From NCBI GenBank assembly GCA_964291415.2, contig OZ219918.1, forward strand, positions 1,120,001-1,184,000: a stretch of 64,000 bases of DNA, in the 5' to 3' direction. Both the position numbers and the translations under genes were made by a program. The DNA is from Alphaproteobacteria bacterium. Its GTDB lineage: Bacteria > Pseudomonadota > Alphaproteobacteria > SP197. The notes beneath the pieces were generated by a model. The model worked only from the letters and a program-made list of their open reading frames with translations. It ran no database searches and was not told the DNA's origin. Positions 1 through 9,810 of the stretch are shown here, in pieces. The stretch's first letter is position 1. Every line of letters begins with the position of its first letter.

Positions 1-267
1 CAAGCGAAACGCACTGCACGGCTCGACTGGCTGCGGGCGATCGACATGAGGACGGATCGCTCGCCCCTGGGGGAGGTTCCGGTAGGCGAAATCGTGGTTG
101 TCGACGAGCCCAGACGCCGGGTGTACACCGGTGTCTACGCTACCCGCATGGTGTGCCTGAGGATTCCGCTGCTGTTTCTCTGCGGGCTCCTACTCTACGT
201 TCCGGGAATCCGAGACCGGATCGGAAGAGCAAAGCCTGGGTGCAACGGTGACGCGTGTGAGGTCTGA
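1..267 (+). CDS. 5'-truncated DUF393/DCC1-like thiol-disulfide oxidoreductase family protein (C-terminal part)
   Basis: Frame 1 is open from base 1: ...RLDWLRAID...IVVVDEPRRRVYTGVYATRMVCLRIPLLFLCGLLLYVPGIR..., resembling the DUF393 C-terminus. The N-terminal DxxCxxC motif would lie outside the window. Confidence 0.5.
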   Translation, partial: QAKRTARLDWLRAIDMRTDRSPLGEVPVGEIVVVDEPRRRVYTGVYATRMVCLRIPLLFLCGLLLYVPGIRDRIGRAKPGCNGDACEV

Positions 268-655
268 CGTCGCGTCCCTCGCCATTGTCGCTGCGCTGCA
301 TCTTGTCATTGGCGGAGCCCACCAACACGCTCATGGCGTTGCCGGAGTGGAGAACTCGCCGCTACAGGTCTTTTTCATCGTGCTTGTCGTCACGATTGCA
401 CCGTGGGCGACGATTTGGCTCGCCTGGAAGAGGAACCTCATGATCGGCGCCGTCCTCTTTTCGGTGTCGATGGCGGCGTCCCTTGTCTTCGGCCTCGTAT
501 TGCACTTCGCACTCCAGGGTCCGGACCTGTACTCGAACGTGATTCCGGAGCACCGCAGGTTGTTCGTCTATTCCGCTCTGGGGCTCGCGCTGATGGAATT
601 CGTCGGATTCGTTCTTGGGGCACGTGTCGCGATCCGAAGTCGCCACACGGCGTAG
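248..655 (+). CDS. Hypothetical membrane protein (about 4 TM segments)
   Basis: 135-aa ORF with GTG start and four hydrophobic stretches; overlaps the upstream gene. Confidence 0.65.
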   Translation: MTRVRSDVASLAIVAALHLVIGGAHQHAHGVAGVENSPLQVFFIVLVVTIAPWATIWLAWKRNLMIGAVLFSVSMAASLVFGLVLHFALQGPDLYSNVIPEHRRLFVYSALGLALMEFVGFVLGARVAIRSRHTA

Positions 656-1108
656 CGACTGCCACCGGGGATACCGACGTGGTGCAACTCGCAGATATTC
701 GAATGTTGAGGAACCCGTCGCAGCTGGCGAACCAACTCTCCCCTGCTTCGTTGCCCGTCGCTCTCGCGATCAGGCTCGCTGCCCGGACAAGATGCGCACC
801 GCCAAGACGTCGGTAGCCCGCTTGACCGAAAGGCGTAGGTATCACCCTCGTCTGAGACTGTGCCAACCCACCTCGTGATTGCCGGCCCGACGGGTGCGGC
901 ACATCTGCTCCGACACACATCGGCGGCTTCAGGAGATTCAAGACAGTCGGCTCCGATACCCTTGGGCGCAGCTCTGCGCGCACGTTGCTGCGCCGCCGGA
1001 ACGCGTTCTTCCGCAGGTCTCCCTGGCCGTGGTATAGGGTTGCCCCGTGAAAGTCCCTGATTAACGACAAGTCGCTGCCAGGTCTGCCTGGATGACCGGA
1101 GGATCCTC

Positions 1109-2584
1109 GTGATGCGTGTCGAATTTGCCCCGTCAATGCCCGATGATGCCGATACCATCGTCGTGGCCACACAGCAGGATGGTCAGCTCTTTGCCTCGGC
1201 CGACGCGATTGACCGCGCTGCCGGTGGAGCCATCAGTCGCGCCATGGAAGTCTCTGCGCGGTTTTCCGGGAAAAAGGGTCAGATCCTCGACATCGTCGCG
1301 CCCGAGACCATGGATGCCAGTCACATCGTCGTCGTCGGCACCGGTGACTACGCGACATTCACCCCCCTCGATCGCCAGAACCTTGGCGGCGGCGTCTACC
1401 GCCATCTCGACAGGCTGGGAGCGCGGCATGTCGCCATTCCGGCAGGCCATCCCCTGGATGTCTGCGAGTTCGTCCACGGCATGATGTTGCGCAGCTATCG
1501 CTTCGACAACTACCGCACGGTGATGAAGGAGGATGCCAAACCGACGGTCGATCGCGTGACCGTGGTCACGCAGGAAGTGGCGGCGAGTGAAGCGAAGGCG
1601 GCGCGCCTGAAATGTGTCGCCGATGGCGTCTTCCTGACCCGCGATCTGGTGAGCGAGCCCGCCAATACGCTCTATCCCGCAGAATTTGCCCGCCGGGCTA
1701 CCGCGCTGCGTGATCTCGGCGTCAGTGTCACCGTGCTTGGCGAGGCCGAGATGGCGGAACTCGGCATGGGGGCGCTCCTCGGTGTCGGCCAGGGCAGCGA
1801 GCGCGAGAGTCAGCTGGTCGTCATGAAATGGAAGGGAGCCGGCGACGATGATCCCTGGCTCGCCGTGGTCGGCAAGGGCGTGTGTTTCGACACCGGCGGC
1901 ATCTCGCTCAAGCCCGGCGCCGGAATGGAGGAAATGAAGTTCGACATGGCCGGGGCAGGCTGTGTCACCGGGCTCATGCACGCGCTGGCCTCCCGCGGAG
2001 CCCGTGCCAATGTTGCCGGTGTCATCGGCTGTGTCGAGAACATGCCGTCCCACAACGCGCAGCGCCCCGGCGACGTGGTGAAGACCATGTCCGGCCAGAC
2101 CATCGAAGTGATCAACACCGATGCCGAGGGGCGTCTCGTCCTTGCCGATGCCCTCTACTGGACCATACAGAACATCAAGCCCGACCAGGTGATCGACCTT
2201 GCGACGCTGACCGGCGCCATCATCATTGCGCTGGGCACCTACAGGGCAGGACTGTTCAGCAACGATGACGACCTCGCCCGTACCCTCGAGGCTGCGGGTC
2301 ATGCGACCGGTGAGGAACTGTGGCGCATGCCGCTTGGCGAGCGCTACAGCGAGGACATCAACTCGGACATCGCCGACATGAAGAATGTCGGCAAGAAGCG
2401 CGAGGCGGGGTCAACTGCCGGAGCCGTTCTCCTGCAGAGATTCGTGGGCGACACCCCTTGGGCCCATCTCGACATCGCCGGCACGGCGTGGGCCCATTCG
2501 GACGAGGCCCTGGCACCCCGGGGCGCCACCGGATTCGGCGTCCGCCTGCTCGACCGCTTCGTCACCGACACCAGGGAAACATGA
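1109..2584 (+). CDS. pepA: Leucyl aminopeptidase (M17)
   Basis: VGKGVCFDTGGISLK, MKFDMAGAG, NTDAEGRLVLAD and DLATLTGA motifs; GGAGG RBS upstream; followed by holC. Confidence 0.97.
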   Translation: MMRVEFAPSMPDDADTIVVATQQDGQLFASADAIDRAAGGAISRAMEVSARFSGKKGQILDIVAPETMDASHIVVVGTGDYATFTPLDRQNLGGGVYRHLDRLGARHVAIPAGHPLDVCEFVHGMMLRSYRFDNYRTVMKEDAKPTVDRVTVVTQEVAASEAKAARLKCVADGVFLTRDLVSEPANTLYPAEFARRATALRDLGVSVTVLGEAEMAELGMGALLGVGQGSERESQLVVMKWKGAGDDDPWLAVVGKGVCFDTGGISLKPGAGMEEMKFDMAGAGCVTGLMHALASRGARANVAGVIGCVENMPSHNAQRPGDVVKTMSGQTIEVINTDAEGRLVLADALYWTIQNIKPDQVIDLATLTGAIIIALGTYRAGLFSNDDDLARTLEAAGHATGEELWRMPLGERYSEDINSDIADMKNVGKKREAGSTAGAVLLQRFVGDTPWAHLDIAGTAWAHSDEALAPRGATGFGVRLLDRFVTDTRET

Positions 2585-3045
2585 CGCAGGTCGACTTCTA
2601 TCACCTGCTTGCGTCTCCTCTGGAGGTGGCACTTCCCGGTCTTCTGGAGAAGGCCCTGGAGAGAGACATGCGCGCCGTCGTCATGACGACCTCGCGTGAA
2701 CGGGCCACCCACCTCGACAGCGCCCTGTGGACATATGGGAAGGAGAGTTTCCTGCCTCATGGCTGCGTCGGGCACGCCCGGAACGTGGAACATCAGCCGG
2801 TCTGGATTGCCGATTCCGATGACAATCCGAATGGCGCCCGTCTTCTCGTGCTCGTTGACCGTGCCGACAGCGACAACATCGATGCCTTCGAGCGCGTGGC
2901 CGACATGTTCGACGGACACGATGATGCGGCTGTTGCCGCAGCCCGCCGTCGCTGGAAGGCGCGCCGTGACGCCGGACACGATCTGAACTACTGGCAGCAG
3001 ACCCCACGGGGAACGTGGGAGAAGAAGGCGTCTACCGCCGCGTGA
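2581..3045 (+). CDS. holC: DNA polymerase III subunit chi
   Basis: MTQVDFYHL start, LDSALWTY..ESFLPHG and ARRRWK motifs; ATGA overlap with pepA. Confidence 0.93.
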   Translation: MTQVDFYHLLASPLEVALPGLLEKALERDMRAVVMTTSRERATHLDSALWTYGKESFLPHGCVGHARNVEHQPVWIADSDDNPNGARLLVLVDRADSDNIDAFERVADMFDGHDDAAVAAARRRWKARRDAGHDLNYWQQTPRGTWEKKASTAA

Positions 3046-3049
3046 CACG

Positions 3050-4705
3050 ATGGCGCGTATCGTTCCCTCGGACGTGGACCGGCTGGCGCTGGCCGGCGGT
3101 CATGCTCCGGAACTCGTGACACTGGAGCGTTTGCGGCGCGAACTCGATCCCGATCTGACTGTCTTCCACTCGGTCCACTGGACGCAGGAAGCGGATCATC
3201 GAACCTTCTGGGGCGAAGCCGATTTCATCATCGTCAACCGCGCCGGCAAGGTCCTGATCATGGAACAGAAGAACGGTTCCCTGGACGAGACAGAAGGCGG
3301 GTTGGTCAAGCGGTATCGCGATGGCGCCTCCAACCCCGTTCTTCAGGTGCGGCGCTCGGTTGACCACATCAAGGGGAAGTTCCGCAGAGTGCACCGGCGC
3401 GAACCCGCGCTTGTCGCCGACTATCTTGTCTATTGTCCGGACCATCGCGTGCGATCCCTCAACGCCGTCGGTCTCGATTCGTCTCGCATCGTCGACGCTG
3501 CAGTCGATCATCTTCTTGTCAGCAGAATCCAGAATCTCCTTGACGGCGAAGAAGATGAACCGGAGAGGCGGGCAACCGTCGAGGCCTTCCTCCGCCAGTC
3601 CTTCGAGATTCATCCCGACATCCATGCCCGCGTGCGCCACGGCGAGCGGCAGTTCGCGCGGTTGAGCGGGCGACTTTCGGATCTGCTTGCCGGTATCGAA
3701 ATGACACCGCTGCGACTGCGCGTCCGGGGAGCAGCTGGATGCGGCAAGACGGTGATGGCCACACGTTTCTTCCAGGGAGCGGTGGAACGGGGACGCAAAC
3801 CGCTGCTGGTCTGTTTCAATCGCCAGCTCAAGGAAAAGATCGCGGCTTCGGTCGACGGCGGTGGTCTGGTCGAGACCTGGCATGGCCTGTGTCACCGCTT
3901 CCTCGAGGACGTCGACAAGGCACCGGACTTTCGCCACCGGGATGACTATGGCCCGTTCTGGTCACACGTCCAGGATCAGGTCATGGCGGCGCCGGTTCCG
4001 GACAGGTGGACCTTCGATGCCCTCATCGTCGACGAGGGCCAGGACTTTGAGTCCGAGTGGTTCGATATCCTCAAACTGTTCGCCCGGGATGACGCCGATA
4101 TCCTCTGGCTTGAGGATGCCAATCAAGGCATTCACAGGAACGAGCCGGTCACACTCGAGGGCTTTGTCGGCTTCAACATCCGTTCCAACTACCGGTCGCC
4201 GGGAACCATCGCGCGGTTCATCGACAGGGCCCTTGCTTTCGACTTCGAACAGGCCAACGGGCTGCCTGGCCTTGATGTGGGCGTCGAGGTCTACGAAGAC
4301 ACCTCTCACCAGGTGAAGCTGGTTTCGCGCACCGTGTCGAGGTTGCTCGCCAACAGGTTCAGACCCGAAGACATCGTCATCCTGTCGATGAAGGGAATCA
4401 GGCGCACCTGCCTGGCGGAGCGCACCAGGGTCGGCAACCACACGCTCAAGAACTTCTCAGGCGCGTACGACCTGCTTGGAAACCAGGTTTTCACCTCGGG
4501 GCAGATCCTTCTCGAGAGCGTCTACCGCTACAAGGGTCAGCAGGCGCCGGCCGTCATCGCCATCGACATCGAGAGCGGCGGTGACGACGAGGAACACCTT
4601 CAACGCCTGCTCTACACGATGTTCAGCCGCGCCACCGTGCGTCTCGATGTCCTCGTGAAGTCCGGCGATCCGCTCGAGAGGCGTTTGGTCGAGGCAGCCG
4701 GGTGA
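3050..4705 (+). CDS. NERD nuclease fused to an SF1 (UvrD-like) helicase/ATPase
   Basis: N-terminal GEADFIIV...LIMEQKNG (NERD); Walker A GAAGCGKT, Walker B IVDEGQD, NYRS, SVYRYKGQ and LLYTMFSRA. Confidence 0.88.
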   Translation: MARIVPSDVDRLALAGGHAPELVTLERLRRELDPDLTVFHSVHWTQEADHRTFWGEADFIIVNRAGKVLIMEQKNGSLDETEGGLVKRYRDGASNPVLQVRRSVDHIKGKFRRVHRREPALVADYLVYCPDHRVRSLNAVGLDSSRIVDAAVDHLLVSRIQNLLDGEEDEPERRATVEAFLRQSFEIHPDIHARVRHGERQFARLSGRLSDLLAGIEMTPLRLRVRGAAGCGKTVMATRFFQGAVERGRKPLLVCFNRQLKEKIAASVDGGGLVETWHGLCHRFLEDVDKAPDFRHRDDYGPFWSHVQDQVMAAPVPDRWTFDALIVDEGQDFESEWFDILKLFARDDADILWLEDANQGIHRNEPVTLEGFVGFNIRSNYRSPGTIARFIDRALAFDFEQANGLPGLDVGVEVYEDTSHQVKLVSRTVSRLLANRFRPEDIVILSMKGIRRTCLAERTRVGNHTLKNFSGAYDLLGNQVFTSGQILLESVYRYKGQQAPAVIAIDIESGGDDEEHLQRLLYTMFSRATVRLDVLVKSGDPLERRLVEAAG

Positions 4706-4716
4706 GCGTCGGGATC

Positions 4717-6777
4717 TCAGACGACAGCGGCGAGCTCGATGATCTCGTCTTTCCAGGGAACATCGTCGCCGATCGTTTCACCGAGTTCGCGGGCGTAGCG
4801 GTAACCGCCAAAGACGGCCGCAGCGATCGGTCCCGGACCGTAGCAGTCGCCGATGCGTGACACACGGCGGATGCCGGCGTCGCGGTTGGCCGTCTCGTCA
4901 GCCATGAGCGCGTGGTAGAGATCGTCCACCGGGTCCTGGGCTGTCACCATGACGACGCTGCGGCAGGCAATCCACTGGCAGTCGCCGGTGTAGACATCCT
5001 CGACCTCGACCCTGCTCCATTCGATGTTCTTCACGGCAAAGCCCAAGTGCCGCTCGATTCCGAGTTCGCGCATGCGGGTCTGGATACGTTCGTGCTCGAG
5101 TGTGTACGCGGTCCACGCCGACACCGAGCTTTCCGGCGTGATGACGCTGACCGTGTGACCGTCCTGCACCAGCTTCTCGGCGATCACGCCGCCCATGTAG
5201 TAGTGATCATCGTCGAACACGACAACGGGTCCCTCTAGCGTGGCGCCTTCCATGATGTCATCGGGAGTGACGATGTTGGCCGACCCGCAGGCGAGGGGAA
5301 AGTCGTGGTATCGACCGCTACCGTCGCGTCGCCATCGGGCGCCGGTGGCCACGGCGACGAGGCTGGCGCCGGTTTCGCGCACGCTGTCGGCCGTCATCTC
5401 TGAATCCATGTAGATCTCGACGTTGGGCAACTTGTGGAGCTGGGTCATGCGCCAGTCGCGCACACGGGCCCAGGCGGCAAGCCCCGGCAGGCGGCACTCC
5501 CGCGCGACCCGTCCTCCGGTTTCGCGGCCGGCTTCGGCAAGCATGACCTCGTAGCCGCGCTGACCCAGTCCCCGCGCCGCCTCCAGTCCGGCAGGACCGG
5601 CTCCGACCACGAGAATGCGCTCATCCGATTCCCGCGGCGGCATCACTTCGGGATGCCACCCGCGACGCCATTCCTCACCCTGCGTCGGGTTCTGCGTGCA
5701 TCTCAGATAGGTCGGCTGGTTGGCAACGCCGACACACATGTTGCAGCCGATGCACTCGCGGATGTCCTCGGGCCGGCCCTCCTCGATCTTCTTCGGCAGG
5801 AAGGGATCGGCAATCGACGGCCGGGCGGCGCCGATCATGTCGAGCACACCGTTCTTGATCAGGGAAACCATGCGGTCGGGGCTGGTGTAGCGTCCGACCC
5901 CCACCACCGGCTTGCTGGTCAGGGACTTGACGAATGAGATGTGCTTTTCCTGGAACCCCTCGTCAGCAAATCTCGAGGTTTCGCTGTCATTCTCCCATTC
6001 GCTGACGTTGACATCCCAGAGGTCCGGCAGTTCGCCGAGCATCTCGATGACGGCACGGCCATCCTCCTCGGGCGTAATGCCCTTCGGTCCGACAAGTTCG
6101 TCGACGGCCAGGCGCACGGCGACCCCGCATGTGTCTCCGACTGCATCCTTGGTGTCCTCGATGACCTCGCGCAGCAGGCGCATCCTGTTCTCGACGGGCC
6201 CGCCGTATTCATCCGTTCGCTGGTTGTGGCGCGCCGACAGGAAATGCATGCACAGCGACAGGCTGTGTCCGGCATAGACATAGACAATGTCGAAACCGGC
6301 CCGCTTGCCGCGCAACGCCGCGTTGCGGTGCCATCGCCGGTAGTTGGCGATATCGGTCCTGTCCATGGTCCGCGCATGGAACGGTTCGATGCCGTGGACC
6401 GGTCGCGCCGTGGGCGCCATCGGAATCTCGCGGCCGATGTAGTTCGAGGTGTAGTAACCCATGTGGGTGAGTTCGAGACCGGCCAGTGCGCCGTGCTCGT
6501 GAACCTGGTCAGCCATGCGCGCGAGGTAGGGAATGTCCCGGTCGTCCCACAACCGGATTTCCCGTTCGGTGTCGGTGGTCACGTGGATGTCGCATTGTTC
6601 GGTGCACACCACGGCCCAGCCGCCCTCCGCCTTGATGCCGCGCATGACCGCCATCGCCGTGGGATGGGCGCGCCCCATGCCATTGCAGTGGGGCACCTGG
6701 TAGAAGCGGTTCTTCGCCGTTACCGGTCCGATGGCGACGGGCTCGAACAGGATGTCGTAGTGCGGGTCTCGCGGCAT
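4717..6777 (-). CDS. Trimethylamine/dimethylamine/histamine dehydrogenase-like FMN and 4Fe-4S oxidoreductase
   Basis: MPRDPHYDILFEP...KNRFYQVPHC (FMN-attachment Cys), ECIGCNMC...CTQN (4Fe-4S), GAGPAG; start reassigned to ATG 6777. Confidence 0.9.
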   Translation of the reverse strand: MPRDPHYDILFEPVAIGPVTAKNRFYQVPHCNGMGRAHPTAMAVMRGIKAEGGWAVVCTEQCDIHVTTDTEREIRLWDDRDIPYLARMADQVHEHGALAGLELTHMGYYTSNYIGREIPMAPTARPVHGIEPFHARTMDRTDIANYRRWHRNAALRGKRAGFDIVYVYAGHSLSLCMHFLSARHNQRTDEYGGPVENRMRLLREVIEDTKDAVGDTCGVAVRLAVDELVGPKGITPEEDGRAVIEMLGELPDLWDVNVSEWENDSETSRFADEGFQEKHISFVKSLTSKPVVGVGRYTSPDRMVSLIKNGVLDMIGAARPSIADPFLPKKIEEGRPEDIRECIGCNMCVGVANQPTYLRCTQNPTQGEEWRRGWHPEVMPPRESDERILVVGAGPAGLEAARGLGQRGYEVMLAEAGRETGGRVARECRLPGLAAWARVRDWRMTQLHKLPNVEIYMDSEMTADSVRETGASLVAVATGARWRRDGSGRYHDFPLACGSANIVTPDDIMEGATLEGPVVVFDDDHYYMGGVIAEKLVQDGHTVSVITPESSVSAWTAYTLEHERIQTRMRELGIERHLGFAVKNIEWSRVEVEDVYTGDCQWIACRSVVMVTAQDPVDDLYHALMADETANRDAGIRRVSRIGDCYGPGPIAAAVFGGYRYARELGETIGDDVPWKDEIIELAAVV

Positions 6778-6929
6778 CGGGTTCTGGTCCTCTTGCTGAC
6801 AATTCCGATTGTGGCACCACAGTGCCGGCAGTGTCGACAATGGGCACCACGCCCTCTAACGCCCCCCTCCCCCGCCGCGTCAACCGGATGTCGCCCCCGT
6901 CGGGGCGACGAATCACGGGGAGGATCTGT

Positions 6930-7118
6930 ATGTCAGTTCTATCGAAGGGATCATCACGGCGCGACTTCATGGGAACCGCGCTAGCGGCTCCGGCAGCGGA
7001 GGCGTTCACGCCGGCGCAGCTTCTGGCCCAGGCGAACGACGGCATGGACGCAAGAAGAAGGGGCAGGGGCAGGGGAAGCCATGCGGATCGCGGAGACGGT
7101 CAGATCGCGGTTGCGTGA
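6930..7118 (+). pseudogene. Short ORF made up mostly of a Tat signal peptide (truncated exported protein or microprotein)
   Basis: GGGGAGG RBS, then MSVLSKGSSRRDFMGTALAAPAAEAFTPAQLLAQA; stops after 62 aa. Confidence 0.5.
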
Positions 7119-7185
7119 CCGCGCAACAGGGTGTCGACGGAAACCGGGGGCGGAATGGTCCTGCGGGGCGTGTCGTTTCTCAATC

Positions 7186-8673
7186 TCAAGGGCCGCGAGC
7201 CAGGCGCGCCAGCGCCTTGCGCAGCGTCACGAGAGCCAGCGTATCCCGGGCGCAATAGGCGCGAAGATCCTCGAACGTGCGTCTGCGATCGTCGGCATCG
7301 GCGCTCGCCAGCGCCGCCGCATAGCGTACCGCCGCAGTCTGTCCGTGCTTGATTGCCAGATCGTCGTAGTTCATCCCGGTGGCCAGCACCGGAAGGACGC
7401 TCTTGATCGAGAACGAGCCGCGGAAGTCCGGGTGGTAGTAACCGTTGCGCACCACCGGGAGCAGGTCGAACAGTCGCGCTTCTATGGAACGAAGGTCTCC
7501 GGCCCGGTCCGGCAACGCCACGCCAAGCTCGCGAATGACCCGCCTCTCGTAACCCGAATACGTGCAGACGCTCCCCGTGCGCCCCAGCGCGTTGATCAGA
7601 CGGTCTGCGAGTTCCGGCCGTGGATCATCGTCGCTCTCGTGCAGGTAGTCCGAATGCAGGATCGACGAGTCCCTGTCCTCAGTGTGAACGGAGAACAGGA
7701 ACGGCACCGCGTCGAAGGGACGGGTGCCGGCAAAGCGCGGGATGGCGGGCGCGAAGGTCTCGAAGTCGAGGTAGCGCACCGGTGATTCGATTTCCGCCAG
7801 CGCGCCGGCCATGTCGCCGTGCACGACTGCGCGATTTTCGTGAATGGACTGGCGGACGACGCTCTGGAGTGCGGTCAGCGGAAGGTGCCCGGGAACATCC
7901 CGGATCTCCTCGATTCCGGCCGCCCGGAGTTCCTGGCGGCGCCACGCGTCGAGCCAGGGAAGCTCGTCGATGCCGTGATCCGGCGGGGTCGCGTCCCGGG
8001 TGCAATGGGTGTGAAAGGGGCATTCGTAGGGTTCGAAACAGTGGTCGCCCGGAGCAATGTCCGGCGCGGACGTCCGGGACAGCATGCTCTGCATTCCGGA
8101 GACCTCGACGCCCACGGTGTCGTGATACGCGTGTGCCTCGTCGTGTACCGGATGAAACCTGAACAGGGCATCGAGATCGAGCGTCACGCCGTCATGGACG
8201 TAGTCCCGGTCGAGCGTCATCACCCCGGCATCGCGTACGTCCAGTCCGGCGCCCTTCAACACCCATAGCTGGACGGCCGCATCGCGCACGAAGACGTCCT
8301 TCAACCGGGTCGACGATTTCACCTCGATGAGGCGCCAGCCCCCTTCGGGAAGACGTTCGATGACGTCGGCGCGGACCAGCACCCCCTGGTGCTCGAACGC
8401 GGCCTCGAAGATTGCCGGTGCGGATCCCGCCTCGAGAACGCTGCGTGTTTCCTCCAGCGCCTCCGGGATATGCCGGTGATCGTGACGGACGGCATGACCG
8501 CCGGGATAGAGCAGGCACGCCGTTCGGCCGACCTCGTGCCCGGCATCGAACACGGCCTGCAGAAGTTCGTCGGGCTCCGAACGGAGATCGGATCGGTGGG
8601 TCTCGTACCAGAGCCGCAGGTGACACTGCGTTCCGGAGATGAACCTCGACTTGGAGAGGCGTGGCCCTCTCAT
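7186..8673 (-). CDS. DUF2779 protein: Cas4/RecB-like PD-(D/E)xK nuclease plus HhH plus RNase H-like domain
   Basis: LSKSRFISGTQC, RADVIE...LIEVKSST, HCFEPYECPFHTHC, YLDFET, DLLPVVRNGYYHPDFRGSFSIKSVLP and YCARD; GGAG RBS before ATG 8673. Confidence 0.88.
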   Translation of the reverse strand: MRGPRLSKSRFISGTQCHLRLWYETHRSDLRSEPDELLQAVFDAGHEVGRTACLLYPGGHAVRHDHRHIPEALEETRSVLEAGSAPAIFEAAFEHQGVLVRADVIERLPEGGWRLIEVKSSTRLKDVFVRDAAVQLWVLKGAGLDVRDAGVMTLDRDYVHDGVTLDLDALFRFHPVHDEAHAYHDTVGVEVSGMQSMLSRTSAPDIAPGDHCFEPYECPFHTHCTRDATPPDHGIDELPWLDAWRRQELRAAGIEEIRDVPGHLPLTALQSVVRQSIHENRAVVHGDMAGALAEIESPVRYLDFETFAPAIPRFAGTRPFDAVPFLFSVHTEDRDSSILHSDYLHESDDDPRPELADRLINALGRTGSVCTYSGYERRVIRELGVALPDRAGDLRSIEARLFDLLPVVRNGYYHPDFRGSFSIKSVLPVLATGMNYDDLAIKHGQTAAVRYAAALASADADDRRRTFEDLRAYCARDTLALVTLRKALARLARGP

Positions 8674-9043
8674 CGTTCTCCCAATTCGTCGTGTGTGGCG
8701 GTTCTGGTCCATCGCCCGGTCATGGCACGCCATCCCTGATGAGGCGGAAACCGCAGTAGTGCAGTCCGCGACCGATTTGAACAGCGATTCCCGAAACGAA
8801 CGGCGTCCGGCGTTGCTGGACGATGTCGCTGGGGCGGGGCTCCCCACCTTGAGGCCCGCGGGCCGGCGCAACCGATGGAAGCCTCGCGGCCGGCCCACGG
8901 GCGGTTCCTTCGAAGAGCGGGCCGAGCTGACTTCCGGCGCCTCGTGCGCCTTGCGGACGGAGGCGACTTGGTGGAGAGTAATCGCCACCTTCCGGACCCT
9001 GTGCCGGGTGGATGCAGTTCGTCGACTTCAGGGAGGACCTGCC

Positions 9044-9802
9044 ATGGCCGTCGTGTCCAGAATTCATCCTGAGAGAACCGGGACCCGGGAGTGGGAGATT
9101 CGCTGCGATCTCGCCGCACTCTACCGGGCGTTCGTCCGTTACGGCTGGACCGATCTCATCTACACCCACATCTCGGCGCGCCTGCCGGACGAACCCGAAC
9201 ACTACCTCATCAACCCCTACGGACTTCTCTTCGAGGAGATCACGGCATCCAGCCTGATCGTCGTCGACTTCGACGGCAATCTGGTGCGCGGCGACTGGCC
9301 GGTGAACGAGGCCGGGCATGCCATTCATCATGCAATCCTCAAGGCGCGCAAGGATGCCAACTGGGTCCTGCATACACACTCCCGCGCAGGCATGGCGGTG
9401 GCGTGCATGAAGTGCGGTCTCCTGCCACTGACCCAGCAGGCCATGTTCTTCCATGGCTGCCTCTCGACCCACACGTGGGATCTCCAGACGTCGGGCCAGG
9501 AGGAATGTGATCGCCTGGTTGCCGATCTCGGAGACAAGAATGCCATGATCCTGGAAAACCACGGACTTCTCACGTGTGGACCGACTCCGGGCTTTGCCTT
9601 CACCCACCTCTACAACCTGGAGGTGGCCTGCAAGGTCCAGGTCGATGTCCTGTCATCGGGTCAGGAGGTCATCCTTCCCGACGCCGACGTCGTGGAGCGC
9701 ACCGCGGCTGCGGGTGCCGATCCCGCGTTTCTGGTCGACGATCTCGCCTGGCAGGCCATTCGCCGGACCCTCGACAACGACCAGAGCGACTACGCCACCT
9801 GA
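9044..9802 (+). CDS. Class II aldolase/adducin family protein
   Basis: RCDLAALYR, THISAR, INPYGLLFEEITASSL, LHTHS and LENHG; GGAGG RBS. Confidence 0.92.
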   Translation: MAVVSRIHPERTGTREWEIRCDLAALYRAFVRYGWTDLIYTHISARLPDEPEHYLINPYGLLFEEITASSLIVVDFDGNLVRGDWPVNEAGHAIHHAILKARKDANWVLHTHSRAGMAVACMKCGLLPLTQQAMFFHGCLSTHTWDLQTSGQEECDRLVADLGDKNAMILENHGLLTCGPTPGFAFTHLYNLEVACKVQVDVLSSGQEVILPDADVVERTAAAGADPAFLVDDLAWQAIRRTLDNDQSDYAT

Positions 9803-9810
9803 TTTCCGTC

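Noticed and set aside
656-1108. 450-bp gap before pepA as a hidden gene or ncRNA
   Set aside because: The overlapping ORFs have no recognisable motifs and I found no convincing structure; only a possible -10 element (TGGTATAGG near 1030) is visible.
7060-7075. GGGGCAGGGGCAGGGG as a G-quadruplex or tandem repeat
   Set aside because: Only three G-runs, which is unremarkable at this GC content.
7186-8673. Cas4-like gene as part of a CRISPR-Cas locus
   Set aside because: No repeat-spacer array or other cas gene occurs in the window.
8730-8815. Hammerhead-like CTGATGAG-GCGGAAACCGC with a later CGAAAC...GTC
   Set aside because: Stem II is followed by AGTAG rather than GAAA, and no stem I can form next to the core in either register.
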